DNA of 64,000 nt, taken from Psammoneis japonica. Taxonomy: Eukaryota. The notes under the pieces were generated by a model. The model made no database searches, was not told the origin of the DNA, and saw only the letters and a program-made list of their open reading frames with translations. The position numbers and the translations under genes are program-made. The stretch lies in NCBI GenBank assembly GCA_008632985.1, contig QPGO01000156.1, positions 62,001 to 126,000 of the forward strand. Reading direction: 5' to 3'. Positions 50,119 through 62,028 of this stretch are shown piece after piece; position 1 is the stretch's first letter, and each line of letters starts with the position of its first letter.

Positions 50119-50815
50119 ATGATAATGTTTGCCGCCGCCGCTGCCAAGTGCGTCGTTCGTTTAAGCACATCAAAGAGTGCGTCCTTGCAGTTTCGGTCTC
50201 TTTCAACAGCCGGCGAAAAAGTTTGGAAGGTCTATTTGTCTGGTACGTTTGTCGCCGTCACCTGATGTGTCACACACGATATGAACTAATGTATAGCCTC
50301 TGTATCTTTTTTGTTCAGGTGAGATTCACTCGGATTGGCGTGATGTTATTGCATCCGGAATTCAAGAAAAAGGCCTTCCCGTCTCACTGACATCGCCCAA
50401 TACTAGCCACGAAGACAGCGACGACTGTGGTGCAACCATATTGGGCATGGAACAAGAACGACACAATTGGGATAAAATCGGTGCCAACATGAATGCCATT
50501 CGTACTCAAACGTTACTCCAAGATGCGGATGTGGTTGTCGTTCGTTTTGGAGAAAAGTACAGACAGTGGAATGCCGCGTTCGATGCCGGGTACGCGTCGG
50601 CGCTCGGCAAGCCCATCATTACGTTGCATCCGCCAGCCATTGCACACATGCTCAAAGAAGTCAATGCTAATGCACAGGCTGTGTGTCAAGATCCAGAACA
50701 GGTTGTGGACACTCTTGCTTATGTTATTCGTGGAGATTTGCCTAAAATACCACGGGACGGTGACGACTTTGTTCCAATTGCCGATCGACTCGGCAAGGGC
50801 AATCCCAATCCGTAA
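50119..50815 (+). CDS. YtoQ-family (nucleoside 2-deoxyribosyltransferase-like) protein
   Basis: VYLS|GEIHSDWR across intron ~50243-50318; HEDSDDCG; VVVRFGEKYRQWNAAFDAGYA. Confidence 0.85.
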
Positions 50816-50860
50816 ATGCAAAGCAATATCTGCAATTTACTGATATAGAGTGTACGTCTT

Positions 50861-52262
50861 CTAAATAATGTGCACGTCATCGTCACTACCCTCCTCAACA
50901 TTGTCGTGACTCACAATCGTCTCGTATACCCAGTCGTTCAAATAGTTCATGCCCAACCAGTGCAAGGCTTCCAATTCTACCTTGTATCCACCCTCTTGCA
51001 TAATTTCCAATTCTTCCAAACGCGCTTCTGCCCGAAGTTGTCCCACGCCTGACAGAAACGAGCTCGTTCTTCCGCAAGCTTGCAAAGTCGCTTTTGATCC
51101 AGCTCGGTTTGCGCTTGGAGCGCTTGTTTGGGCAATCGGTTTCCAAGCTCCTCAACATGAGAAGGACGAAGACCCAACCATTGCATGGGAACACCGTAAC
51201 GATCACCACCGTCCATCCCATTTGGGTACTGCCCTTGACGTAGGTTTGCATGACACTGATTCCGTACGGATTGCAATCCGTCAAACCATAGACGGGTAAG
51301 TCCAAGAGATTGTGGAGACAATACACCAAGGCACGCGTGGCCACGTCGGGAAATCCTTTACCCGTCACGAGAATACTTGGGTAACGATGAAAGAAACCGT
51401 CTTCGGACAAGCGGTTGTATACGCCTTCTTTTTCCACCACCAAAATGCACTTGGCGTCAGACGTAATATCAATAGCGTCGGGGTGATAATCAATGCTTTG
51501 GGCCAACTCGATCCATTCGCTTGTAATGGGGAGACCGTGGACGGACGATAGCTTGGTTCCATCCGTCACATTGCCCACCTCGCCGGTACTGTCGTGTTGT
51601 GCAATACGAAACGAGCCGCAATACCATCCTGGGTTTTGTTAAAACCAAAATACAAAAATAAGCAAGAAATGAAATTGATTGCGTCAACACAAGTTCCACG
51701 CTCAACAAATGAAAATATACTCATTTTCTCTTCTATTCATACCTTTCGGAGACGCCATGAGTCCCAAACAGTGTCGTGGGACACGCAACAAATTGGCAGC
51801 ATCCCGAATGGCCATGTCGCATTCGTTTTGACTGCGAAAGTGTGTCACAAAGTAGTAATATACCTCTCGTGTCGTGGTGGTACGATTGGATTGGAGGAGC
51901 GAGTATACAAAACTCATCACGTTGAGAATACTCGTAAAGACACGGCATTGCGATAGATTGGAAAACTTTTTCGTCATGGTGGTCGTCTCGACAATATCAT
52001 CCTCGTCGTCGTCTTCATCATGTTCGACTGGGACCGATGTGAGAATAGGTAGTTGTTCTTTATCGAGAGAGTCCATGATTTGAGAAATGACATACTCGAT
52101 TCGAAGCATCACGTCTTGCGGCGAATGGGGTTCCGGCGTAGTATTGTCGCTGGCGTCGTCATCGTAGTCTTGCGTCGTTGCGTCCGTCACTGAATGTTGC
52201 GACGACAAGTCGTCCTTTGGCATGACAAAGACGTGCTGCGGTGGCTGATGTAGTTGGCTCAT
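50861..52262 (-). CDS. SPO11: Meiotic double-strand-break transesterase SPO11 (SPO11-2-like)
   Basis: TTREVYY (catalytic Tyr), LGLMASPKG, VVEKEGVY, TGKGFPD, DCNPYG, YKVELEAL; intron ~51630-51740; frameshifts. Confidence 0.92.
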
Positions 52263-54436
52263 GGTTGTTGTTGTCAATGCTGTGAGTGTGAAAATTGAAA
52301 AACGTTCCGGCGGGAAAATTGATTGAGGGAAGATTGGTTGGGATAGCTCGTACTTGTTGGTATAGTTTTTTGTATTGGAAATTCGAGCTCTTCTCGGCTA
52401 GTATCTTTCTTCGTAGACTTCCACGTACGCCGCACAGTACGGCGACCATGAGCCGCACCGCGACGCTGACAACATGACGCTTGATCGTTTAAACTACCAA
52501 ACGTGAGTACTATTCCGAATCTCCATGGTATTGACGGTCTTTTTGTGTCGGTACGCCCAAACAAGAATGTCGCTTTGCAAGCTATGATGCGATGGTTTCG
52601 ACGCTGAGAGATTTTGACCTGATATGGATCGGTTGTATGCACCATGCACCTGTCACCTGTCGTTTGACGTTTGACGAATCTTTGGAATCAAGTCTAGACC
52701 GTGGGCTTGTGCCAACTGATGATTCCAACATCATTCACAAAGATCCTGCAGTTCCGTAAACTGCATTTAGAGCCTTGCATGTGTGGTGAAGGAGCTTGGT
52801 GCTTGGTGATGGTAACGATTTTAGGAAGTGTCTTGCGCGCACAGCGCTTTTGGAATTATTCCAGCTTTGCCACCAGAAAGTACGGTATGTCATCACGCGG
52901 TGCAATCATGAAGGACCTTGGTTAGAGCCGCAAAGGACTATTGACATTGCTATTGGTCTGGAGCAACTGTCAATCAATACGAATCATCAAATCTCCACAG
53001 CATATAGTACTGTATACTGTACGGCGCAGCAAGCAGTTACATATGATTTACGAGAGTCCAATGTTTTGGTAAATTTTGGACTACAATCATATTGTGAATG
53101 TCGAAGAACAAGAGATTTAGCCATGTGGCAACAAACTCGGACACATTCACACGTTTGATGGTCCGTTGAACGTGACGGGCAATGTCGATTGTGCTTCCTC
53201 GCACTCGCTCAAATCAACTACAAGGTATCATCACGACGTTTGAATTCTTTTCATCTACCTTAATGGACGAAAATCTACCAACACTCTTGGGATTTTGGAG
53301 AAACCTGTGGATCGACAATAAGGACGTTAACGAAACAAGCTCGAAGCTTTGTGCGTCAGACAAGGTCAGAAAGGCTCACATCAGTGGAACGTGAAGGAGC
53401 GGTGCTTTTGTTATGGCAGTGCACTATTCAGTGGAGGAGAATTTGTGCGCTGCTGTTGGAGATTAACAATATGTGCACATGAGCACTTCATTCGCTCGGG
53501 TTGATTTGCTGTCCGTGCTGCCATCGTGTACGTGCGGCCGTTTGTGCTAGAGCTAGAGAGAGTAGAGAGCTATGCTGCTCCGCTCGCTGGTTTCAACTCG
53601 CCACGTCCGACGACAAGCGAGACATAATGGAGGAAGCGACGAGAGAGACACAATATTATGAAAAAGTGAGAACTAAGGCTGGGCTGAGGATCAAACATCA
53701 AAAGACAGTCTCACAGGGAACGTTCGAAGAATCCGCATTGCTACTCTAGAGAGTGCAATGCCAAATCGGGACACGATACGGTTCGCGGTTTGTGCGCGGC
53801 AGCAAATCACTCGGGATTCAACCACGAGTGAAACGCGACCAGAGGCGACCATTTTATTTGTTTCCAGTTTTCCGCGGGCATTCTGCATTGCGATGAGCGA
53901 AGCAGTAGTCTCTATTCGCGCCATGTCGAAGAAAAGCCAATCGCAAGTGAACATTCTTTTGGACGCGGATCAGAAAACGCGAAGTCAGTTCTTTTTCTAG
54001 AGAGATGCGTTTCATTAAGTAAACATTCCTACAAGGACGCGGATCAGAAAAATCGCAAGGGATCGTACCAACGAGAACGCGTCCTAATTTCGCGCGATGT
54101 AACTTCTCCTAAAACGCGAATCATAAGGGAACGTTCTCTCTTTGTTGGGTGTCCAACGCAAGGGAAAATTGTACCGATGGCAATGACAACCGATTATTGC
54201 GCGATGTCAATTCTTCACACATACAAATCCGCGTCAACGTCCGGCTACTTCTTGTCAACCGGCTCATAAAAACACAACACGACGGTTCTGGAACGATCAC
54301 TGAAAAACTTACATTCTTTGATAGGTGAGTGAATGTACATAACAGTTTCAATTTCTCTGTTGCTTCCTTCTCGTGAACGAAGCTCAATGATCTGACAAAC
54401 TTCATCCTCCTTGCTTACTCGTAATTGGCAGACACA

Positions 54437-55366
54437 ATGAAACTATTTCTAGCAGCTCTCCTACTCTCGAGTGCATTTGCCAGAGAGGTCAATGATGAGC
54501 CACAACTTCGGGCCCGGTTTCTTGAAGGGGGTGGCGACAAGGGCGACTTCTTTATTGAGAACAACGCTACTTTTAATTGTGTGACGTTGCTCAATAACAA
54601 GCTTGTTCGATTCGGCCCATGCCAATTCTCCACAAAACCTTCTGTTCAGATGTGGAGGTTTCAGGATGATGGCAAGGTCCGCAGCCTTGCCAACCCAACT
54701 AAGTGCTGGTGGGCGAGAAAGCCAAGTGATACCATCGTCCTTGTAGATTGTGATGCTTCGCCTGGCAAGCTTAGAAAGTTCTCTCTTGGCGGCGACGGCG
54801 AAGGCGGAACGGGGCAAATCAAAGTTGGCGACGGCCGCTGCTTGCGTGACACTTGGGATGATGCGGATCCCGCAAAGACAAGTCTTATTGCCGACACATG
54901 CAATGACTCTGACAGCTTTCACTGGCAGCGGTATCCTATCCGATACTTTACCATTTACGGCATTGACGGTGGCTGCATTGTTCCTGCTTACGGAGAAAAT
55001 GGGATCACCTTTGCGTCTTGCGACTACCCAAGTGACGCAAACATCATTACCCATTGGTTCCAAGACGATAACGGCAACGTACACTCCCGCCTGGATCCCG
55101 ATAAATGTCTCCAGGCGGCGCACGGTAATGTCATCAATGATGGAACCAAGATGCGCTTCTACCCTTGCGACAAGAACAAGGCGAACCAGAAGTTTGAGCA
55201 TGTCACTACGGGCACAATCAAGCTCAAGTCGCGCGGAGAGCTTTGCCTTGTCGCACAAGGTGATCCTCCGACAAAGGATGTCTCCGAAGTTATTCTCAAA
55301 AGCTGTGGCAGCGTGAGGCATGAGAGGGCTTTTGGATGGACTGCGGCATCTGCATCGGGTGACTAG
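54437..55366 (+). CDS. Secreted double ricin-B (beta-trefoil) lectin-like protein 1
   Basis: Signal peptide, LRARFL, QMW, GKVRSLANPTKCW, SRLDPDKCLQ, NQKF, LCLV. Confidence 0.85.
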   Translation: MKLFLAALLLSSAFAREVNDEPQLRARFLEGGGDKGDFFIENNATFNCVTLLNNKLVRFGPCQFSTKPSVQMWRFQDDGKVRSLANPTKCWWARKPSDTIVLVDCDASPGKLRKFSLGGDGEGGTGQIKVGDGRCLRDTWDDADPAKTSLIADTCNDSDSFHWQRYPIRYFTIYGIDGGCIVPAYGENGITFASCDYPSDANIITHWFQDDNGNVHSRLDPDKCLQAAHGNVINDGTKMRFYPCDKNKANQKFEHVTTGTIKLKSRGELCLVAQGDPPTKDVSEVILKSCGSVRHERAFGWTAASASGD

Positions 55367-56090
55367 GAAGCCACTTGTTCAGGTTGCCTTTCCAGCAAAC
55401 TTTAGATACTCTTGCATTTCGCTTGCCTGTTTTTGTGCTCTAGTAGATAGAAATAGAAATACATTTATGGTCTGTCAGCATCGTGTTTGCGACTCGCGGG
55501 ATAGTACATTGGTCAAATATGACCGTTTTGCCCACCCGTTTGTGCACCAGAGCACCAGAGATCAAACAACAAAGACAGCCACACAGGAAGCGTTCGAATC
55601 TCCAAATCCCAGGGGCTGTCACGCCCCGCGATGCGAAGGCAAGTCGTGTCACGATACGAAAAGTAGTGTCTGTGCGTGCGGATGCGATCGCTGCGGTCAT
55701 CAAACAGTCGTGTTTCAACCAGGACTTACACGCCAATCATAAGTGATCATTCTTTGGTGGCGGATCAGAAATTTTGTACTTCTATTTTTCCTATTTCACG
55801 GCGCCGCGAAAATAAAACCCGGTCTGATTTCGCGGCAACGTCTTGACATTACACATACAAGATGATTTTCGCCATCATGTATGCGTGACTGCACAAAATG
55901 CCATCCGCGTTCGTCGCGAATAAAGGCAAGGATCACAAATATCTTCGCGACCGTTCTGAAACGATACGAGACACACTAGAGCACCCCTTGAAAACGTGAG
56001 TACGAAATGTAATACAACATGCCAATGCACCGATCGTTAACCTAATCCTGACGAATTCGCCTTCTTGTTTCTTAGCACTCGGTAGACACC

Positions 56091-57011
56091 ATGAAACTAT
56101 TTCTAGCAGCCCTCTTGATTGTGAATGCTCTTGCCGACAAGGTGGAGCACAAGCCTCAGTTGCGTGCCCGGTACCTCGGTGGGAGCGGTGATAAAGGTAC
56201 CTTCTTTCTCGAGCTCAACGCGACCTTCAACTGCGTCAAGGTGATTAACAACCAGATTCGATTTGGGTCGTGCAAACAAACCGAAGGGCCTTCGGTTGAA
56301 ATGTTTAGGTTTGAACATGACGGCAAAGTCCGCAGCCTTGCCAATCCGAGAAAGTGCTGGAAGGTACAAGGAGACTCTCACGTCGAACTGACCGATTGTG
56401 ATACGGCGTTTGGGCCTCTCGTCGAGTTCTCCCTCGATGGACAAGGGGGTTACGGGCAAATCAAAGTTGGCGACGGACGTTGCTTGCGTGATACGTGGGA
56501 TTATGCGGATCCCGCCAAGACAAGGCTCTTTGCCGACACGTGCGCTGGTTCGGACAGCTTCAGTTGGAAGTGGGACTCTGTTCGATACTTTACCATGTAT
56601 GGCAGTGACGGTGGCTGCATCGTTCCCGCTTATGGTGAAAATGCAATCATCTTTGCGTCTTGTGACTCCGCAAGTGACGCAAACATCATCACCCATTGGT
56701 CTCAAGATGACAACGGAAATGTACATTCCCGCCAGGATCCCGATAAGTGTCTTCAGGCATCATACGATAATTCCATAGGGGACGGAATCAAGATGCGCTT
56801 CCACACTTGCAAGAAAGGTAAGGAGAGTCAGACGTTTGACCCTGTCACGACCTCGGGCGCGATCAAGCTCAAGTCGAGCAATCAATTTTGCCTCGTTGCC
56901 CAAGGAGATCCTCCAACAAAGGATGTCTCTGAGATAATTCTCAAGAACTGTGGCACCGTGAGGCCTGGGAGAGCTTTTGGATGGACGGCAGGATCTGGAT
57001 TGAGCGACTAA
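56091..57011 (+). CDS. Secreted double ricin-B lectin-like protein 2
   Basis: Close paralog of 54437-55366. Confidence 0.85.
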   Translation: MKLFLAALLIVNALADKVEHKPQLRARYLGGSGDKGTFFLELNATFNCVKVINNQIRFGSCKQTEGPSVEMFRFEHDGKVRSLANPRKCWKVQGDSHVELTDCDTAFGPLVEFSLDGQGGYGQIKVGDGRCLRDTWDYADPAKTRLFADTCAGSDSFSWKWDSVRYFTMYGSDGGCIVPAYGENAIIFASCDSASDANIITHWSQDDNGNVHSRQDPDKCLQASYDNSIGDGIKMRFHTCKKGKESQTFDPVTTSGAIKLKSSNQFCLVAQGDPPTKDVSEIILKNCGTVRPGRAFGWTAGSGLSD

Positions 57012-57738
57012 AGAAGCCGATGTCCTACTCCGACTGCCATTCCAGCACCATACATATTCGCATTTGAGACAGTTTGCTTGTTGTGGGCATGCAAGAATAT
57101 TCTCTATTCATTATCTTTATAAATAATTTCATTGTAAACGACAGTTCACGTATTCGTCGAGACGTTCTGATTCTATGTAACTGAGACACTTCTCAAGAGC
57201 TGGTCGCCCGCCCGTTTCATGCAAGTCACGTTTCGTTATTTCGAAGTTTCTTCTTACATACGAAACGCAAGGACTGACGGTAAACCAACAAGCACGTGAA
57301 CTCAAAGCACTGCAGAAAAGGACTTCGAACTACATAACGAAAAATTTGGCGGGTTCGACACGAGACTGTCAATAAATAACGCGTGTTCAGTCGTGGTCAT
57401 TGAAGCAAGATTCACCCACGCAGTCAGAAATTTCTCGAATCGCGGGAAGGCTCACTTACTTATCTGCAAACGCGAACCCTCATTTGCGCGGTGTCGGTCA
57501 AGATGTTTGTTGTAGACTTGCCAGTTCTTCGCACAAAAAAGAAACATCGATATGTTCCATAAATTTCTTGCTTTTCTGAATAACTTTGAAACGATACCCG
57601 CCGAATTTTGGTGAGTGCACACGACACCCTTGCATTTCACAATAGATTGTGTGACTAGCTGTTGTGTAAATCATCAGCTGGTGGACAATCAATATCTTAC
57701 AAATCCAATGCCTCTCTCCGCTTCCTTTGACAGATAAA

Positions 57739-58665
57739 ATGAAGTTCTTACTTGCGATTCTCTTGGTTGCGGGTTCCCTTGCCGAAGACGCAGACGATAC
57801 TCATGCTGGGCTGCGTTCCCGAAAGCTGGTTGATCATGAAGATTTGGGCGTTTTCTTCCTGGAAAATAATAGCAGATTTAGTCAAACTGCTCTTGTCAAA
57901 AAGTCAGGCGGAAGGTTCGAAATTGAATTACGGGCCCCAGAACACTCGACGTTCATGAGTGACGAGCTATGGACACTCCAAGCAGATGGAAAAGTTCGTA
58001 GCATACTTGAACCGAGATTGTGTTGGAAGGTTGACGCCAGCTCTTCAAGACTAGGAGTCACGGATTGTGATACAGCTTCTGGACCACTCGTCACGTTCAA
58101 TTTTGATGACATTCCCAATTATGAGGACGCTACAGGACGAATCAAAGTTGGCAATAACTGTTTGGCAGAGCCAGACAATAATGAGGGGACGATTGTGTCC
58201 GCTGATTGCCAGGATTGGGATCGCTTTCACTGGCAGCCAAGGTCCATCAAGTACTTCACCCTTTATGGTATTGACAATGGTTGCATCGTGCCTGACTACT
58301 TCGAGAACGCGGTTCGTTTCGCTTCCTGCGACTATCCAAACGACGCGAACTTCATTTCCAATTGGTGGCAAGATAACACTGGTTTGATCCATTCCCGTCT
58401 TGCTCCAGGGAAGTGCTTACAAGTGGCATACGGTGATCTCATTAATGACGGATCCAAGATGCGCTTCTCGGACTGCAACAAAAACAAGGCAACGCAGAAG
58501 TTTGAGGATGTTAAAAAGTCGGGCAACATCAAGCTCAAGAGCCGAAGTGATCTTTGTGTCGTTGCCCAGGGTTCTCCACCGACGAAGGATGTTTCCGAAA
58601 TTATTGTCAAGAAATGTTCCGTTGTCGGCAATAATAGAGCTACATGGAGGGCGCCAGCACTTTAG
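57739..58665 (+). CDS. Secreted double ricin-B lectin-like protein 3
   Basis: Same architecture; LRSRKL, YFTLYGIDNGCI, CVVAQGSPPTKDVSEII. Confidence 0.85.
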   Translation: MKFLLAILLVAGSLAEDADDTHAGLRSRKLVDHEDLGVFFLENNSRFSQTALVKKSGGRFEIELRAPEHSTFMSDELWTLQADGKVRSILEPRLCWKVDASSSRLGVTDCDTASGPLVTFNFDDIPNYEDATGRIKVGNNCLAEPDNNEGTIVSADCQDWDRFHWQPRSIKYFTLYGIDNGCIVPDYFENAVRFASCDYPNDANFISNWWQDNTGLIHSRLAPGKCLQVAYGDLINDGSKMRFSDCNKNKATQKFEDVKKSGNIKLKSRSDLCVVAQGSPPTKDVSEIIVKKCSVVGNNRATWRAPAL

Positions 58666-59498
58666 TAAAGATTGACGTGTTGCGATTTGCGAGCGTCGGC
58701 CTCCCAAATTTGAAAGAAAACTCTTCCTACTCATAATAAGAATTCATATTAAATTTCATTGCATTGACAATCTTCTGGAACAACCTGACACTATTCTCTT
58801 AGGAGTAGTTGTCTCAAGTACAGGTAAAGTGCAGCGAAGTCGAGTGCCTCACTCGCTTCGCACATCGAGCATCGCGTATCTATAGATATTTAATAAATCC
58901 ATGAATGAAGGTTTTTTTAATTTGAAGCGGGAGTAGCGGGAAGCATCATAGCGGGGAACCACACAAGCGACAGAAGATGACACAAGGCGAAGACGCAATC
59001 AACAATGAATGGGGGGTCGTCTGGGGGCGGGTTCCTCACCTTCCTCACTCCCTGCGAACACACAACGATCATATTATAATACCCTCAGTGTTTGAAAAGG
59101 ATCACGTTCGTCCGTTGCTCTCTCGTCAGTCGTGACACATGCAAGACTCACTCGCGTCGCAATCTGCAACACCACAACACGCGATGTCGATTCTTTTTTT
59201 CTCGCCATCCATAAGTGGAAATTTCTTGGTCGTGACCAACCGTCCTTTCCAACTAATGCGAACTGCTTTCGCGTTTTTAGTATGAAGACGACTCATGACA
59301 CTCATAAAAAAAACAGCTCAAGAGACGACAACAATTCCAATTTGCAAAACAACGTTTCAAATCTGTGAGTATCAAACACCAGTTATTCCTTTCGTCTCAA
59401 TGGTTGCGTTTTCGCATGTGAATGAAATCGTTCTGACATAACATCTTTATCCTTTCTTTGACAACTCTCTTCGTGAAGAGGCATTATTTACCGGTACA

Positions 59499-60428
59499 AT
59501 GAGGATTGCTCTTGCAACTCTTTTCCTTGCATGTGTTCTCACCGAAAAAGTAGCACATGGACATGAATACCTTCGCTCGCTCTTTAGCGCCGATGACTTC
59601 CCCGGTGATTTCTTTTTAGAACATGATGGCATTCTTGCCTACGCCACTTTAGTCAAGACTTCCGGGTCGTTTAGGGTAGGCTTTGCGCCGGCCGATTACT
59701 CCAATAAGCCTTCTCTTCAGATGTGGCATTTCGAAGCGGGCGGCAAGATTCGAAGCCGGGCGGAAGAGACTCTTTGCTGGACGGTCAGCGGTCCAGAGAA
59801 CCTGGTAGTTTTAGCGCATTGCCAGTCGGCGACCGGAAGCAATTCCAGGTTCTCGTACGATTTCTCGGAGCCTGAAGGTCCCATCACTGTCAACGTTGGC
59901 GGCCAAGAGCTTTGTGTAAACGAGTACGAGAGCCGAGAGCTTCGCGCTGGTGATTGTGCAACGGCAGGTGACAGCAGACTCTGGAGGCAAGAGGCCGTTC
60001 AGTACTTTACGCTCTATGGCCCTGACAACGGCTGCATCAACCCCACCTACTCCTACAATGCGCTTACCTTCGCAACCTGCGACTACCCCAAGGATGAGAA
60101 TCTTATTTCCCATTGGTTTCAAGACAATGGAGCTGGTTTAATCCACTCCCGTATAGCTCCTGATATGTGCATGCAGGCGGCACATGGAAACATCCTAAAC
60201 GATGGATCCAGGATGCGGTTCTATGCTTGCAATAAGGACAAGGCCAATCAGAAGTTTGACTGGGTGAACACTTATACTGGTAATGAGCCGCTCAAGCTTC
60301 TATCTCGCGCTGACCTTTGCGTCGTGGCCCAGGGAGATCCCGCCGTGAAGGATGTGTCCGAGATCATATTAAAGACTTGCGGCGTCGTGGGAAATAGGAA
60401 GAATTGGAGAGCAGAGCGCGTGACTTAG
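59499..60428 (+). CDS. Secreted double ricin-B lectin-like protein 4
   Basis: Same architecture; YFTLYGPDNGCI, NQKFDW, CVVAQGDPAVKDVSEIIL. Confidence 0.85.
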   Translation: MRIALATLFLACVLTEKVAHGHEYLRSLFSADDFPGDFFLEHDGILAYATLVKTSGSFRVGFAPADYSNKPSLQMWHFEAGGKIRSRAEETLCWTVSGPENLVVLAHCQSATGSNSRFSYDFSEPEGPITVNVGGQELCVNEYESRELRAGDCATAGDSRLWRQEAVQYFTLYGPDNGCINPTYSYNALTFATCDYPKDENLISHWFQDNGAGLIHSRIAPDMCMQAAHGNILNDGSRMRFYACNKDKANQKFDWVNTYTGNEPLKLLSRADLCVVAQGDPAVKDVSEIILKTCGVVGNRKNWRAERVT

Positions 60429-61183
60429 TCTCGCGAAAGTTTGGCGCATCCTTCCCCGTCTGTTCTTACTATATAAATGCTAGAGTAGGAGAAGCTCATA
60501 ATATTTCTCTTTTACTCTTTTTAGCTCGGTAGCATTCGCTTCTGCGATTGTAGTTATACGTTAACGAAATTGATGAGATCACACTCTCATGAGAAAGGAC
60601 TGCTCTTGGCATGTCATTGCCGAGAAAGCGAGCGAAACATCTGGGATAAAAACCTTGGGATCCAAATAGCACATACGGTATGTCGTGGCGGCTCAAGGAT
60701 CGCTCACTCTCGCTCTACTAGCTAGAGAGAAGGTAGAGAGGAAAAGTGCCTCACAGCTAGGAGCAAATCTTCTCACCTCTGTCACATCTAATGGAGCCAA
60801 ACTTGCAATTTGCACACTAACTCATTATACGAGCAAACTTCTACTCTCTAGCTAGAGTCTAATCTCTAGAGTTTGCTTTGATTCGTTACGGTAGTTAGTT
60901 AGATAGTTAGTTAGTTCTCCTCTCCACCCTATAGAGCATGATCGCCTTTTCATAAAACGTAATATCTGTCCGTCAACAGTGCAGCACTGTATGTACGTAT
61001 GTTGTGTACCGGTATGTCCACGTCAGGCTAATAACGTACGTACGTACGCACGACTGACGCAACCTGAAAACTCAAAACAAAAACTCAAAAAATGCAGACA
61101 ATGGCGGCGAATAGCGAGCTTCTGGATTTGACGTGCCATATACATAGCTGCGGTCCGACAAGAGTAACTACCGCTTTTCTTCG

Positions 61184-61933
61184 ATGCTTCCTGTTGACAC
61201 GATAAAGCTTTTTGTTTTCATGTTAATTATGGGAAGTCGTATCGGCATCAGGCTATGTCACGCTTTTCCTTCCTTTCTTGCGAGACGTGCAACGCCACTA
61301 ATGTTTGCATCGCATGCCGAACCGACTAGATTCCGTACGTGCTTCACCTCCATCGCTCAAGAAGATCAGACGTTTCGTCGAAGTTTTACTGTCTTGTCAT
61401 CATCTGAAGACCGCACAGAAAATGGTAGTGTAACACCAACTTGGACTTACACGCCTTACAAACCACCAAAGCAGAAGCCACAGCAGCAGAGACGGCGTAA
61501 CTTTGCCACCGGGACTTGGAAGGTCCCAAAAGAAGTAAAGATCCCAGAAGATCAAGTGGAGCTCAACTTTGTTCGTTCCTCAGGTTCAGGAGGACAAAAT
61601 GTGAACAAGGTCAACACAAAGGTGGAGCTGCGCTTTCATGTTATGAGTGCGACGTGGATGCCAAAGGAAGTAAGAGAGCGTTTGCTACAACAACAAGCAA
61701 ATCGAATCAACAAAGAAGGATTCATGTCAATTTCCTCACAAGAGTACAGAACACAGGCACAGAATAGGAAGGATGCGTTTTCCAAATTGGAATCGCTCGC
61801 ACTTCAAGCTTGGGAGCGGCCAAAGGAGCGAAAGATGCGAAAAGGTATTAGCAAAAAAGCCAAAGAACGAAACAAGGAAAACAAACGACGAAGGAGTCAA
61901 GTAAAAAAGAACAGAGGACGGGTTGACTTCTAG
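61184..61933 (+). CDS. Organellar peptidyl-tRNA hydrolase ArfB/ICT1-like
   Basis: FVRSSGSGGQNVNKVNTKVELRF, RTQAQNRKDA, basic C-terminal tail. Confidence 0.92.
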   Translation: MLPVDTIKLFVFMLIMGSRIGIRLCHAFPSFLARRATPLMFASHAEPTRFRTCFTSIAQEDQTFRRSFTVLSSSEDRTENGSVTPTWTYTPYKPPKQKPQQQRRRNFATGTWKVPKEVKIPEDQVELNFVRSSGSGGQNVNKVNTKVELRFHVMSATWMPKEVRERLLQQQANRINKEGFMSISSQEYRTQAQNRKDAFSKLESLALQAWERPKERKMRKGISKKAKERNKENKRRRSQVKKNRGRVDF

Positions 61934-62028
61934 AATGTCCAGAAAGTAGTATCGTTGGAAAGAGTGGCTTTGAACAGTTATTATTAGAAGTACATTCGAT
62001 GTCCAAGAAGGAGGGATTTCATACCGAG

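Noticed and set aside
28352..52262. Frameshifts in many host genes as pseudogenes or programmed frameshifting
   Set aside because: They affect many conserved genes whose motifs are otherwise intact; most simply indel errors in the assembly
52600..53900. Short ORFs between SPO11 and the lectin array
   Set aside because: No recognisable domain; cannot be supported
54461..55321. Long antisense ORFs over the lectin genes and other CDS
   Set aside because: Shadows of the sense-strand coding frame
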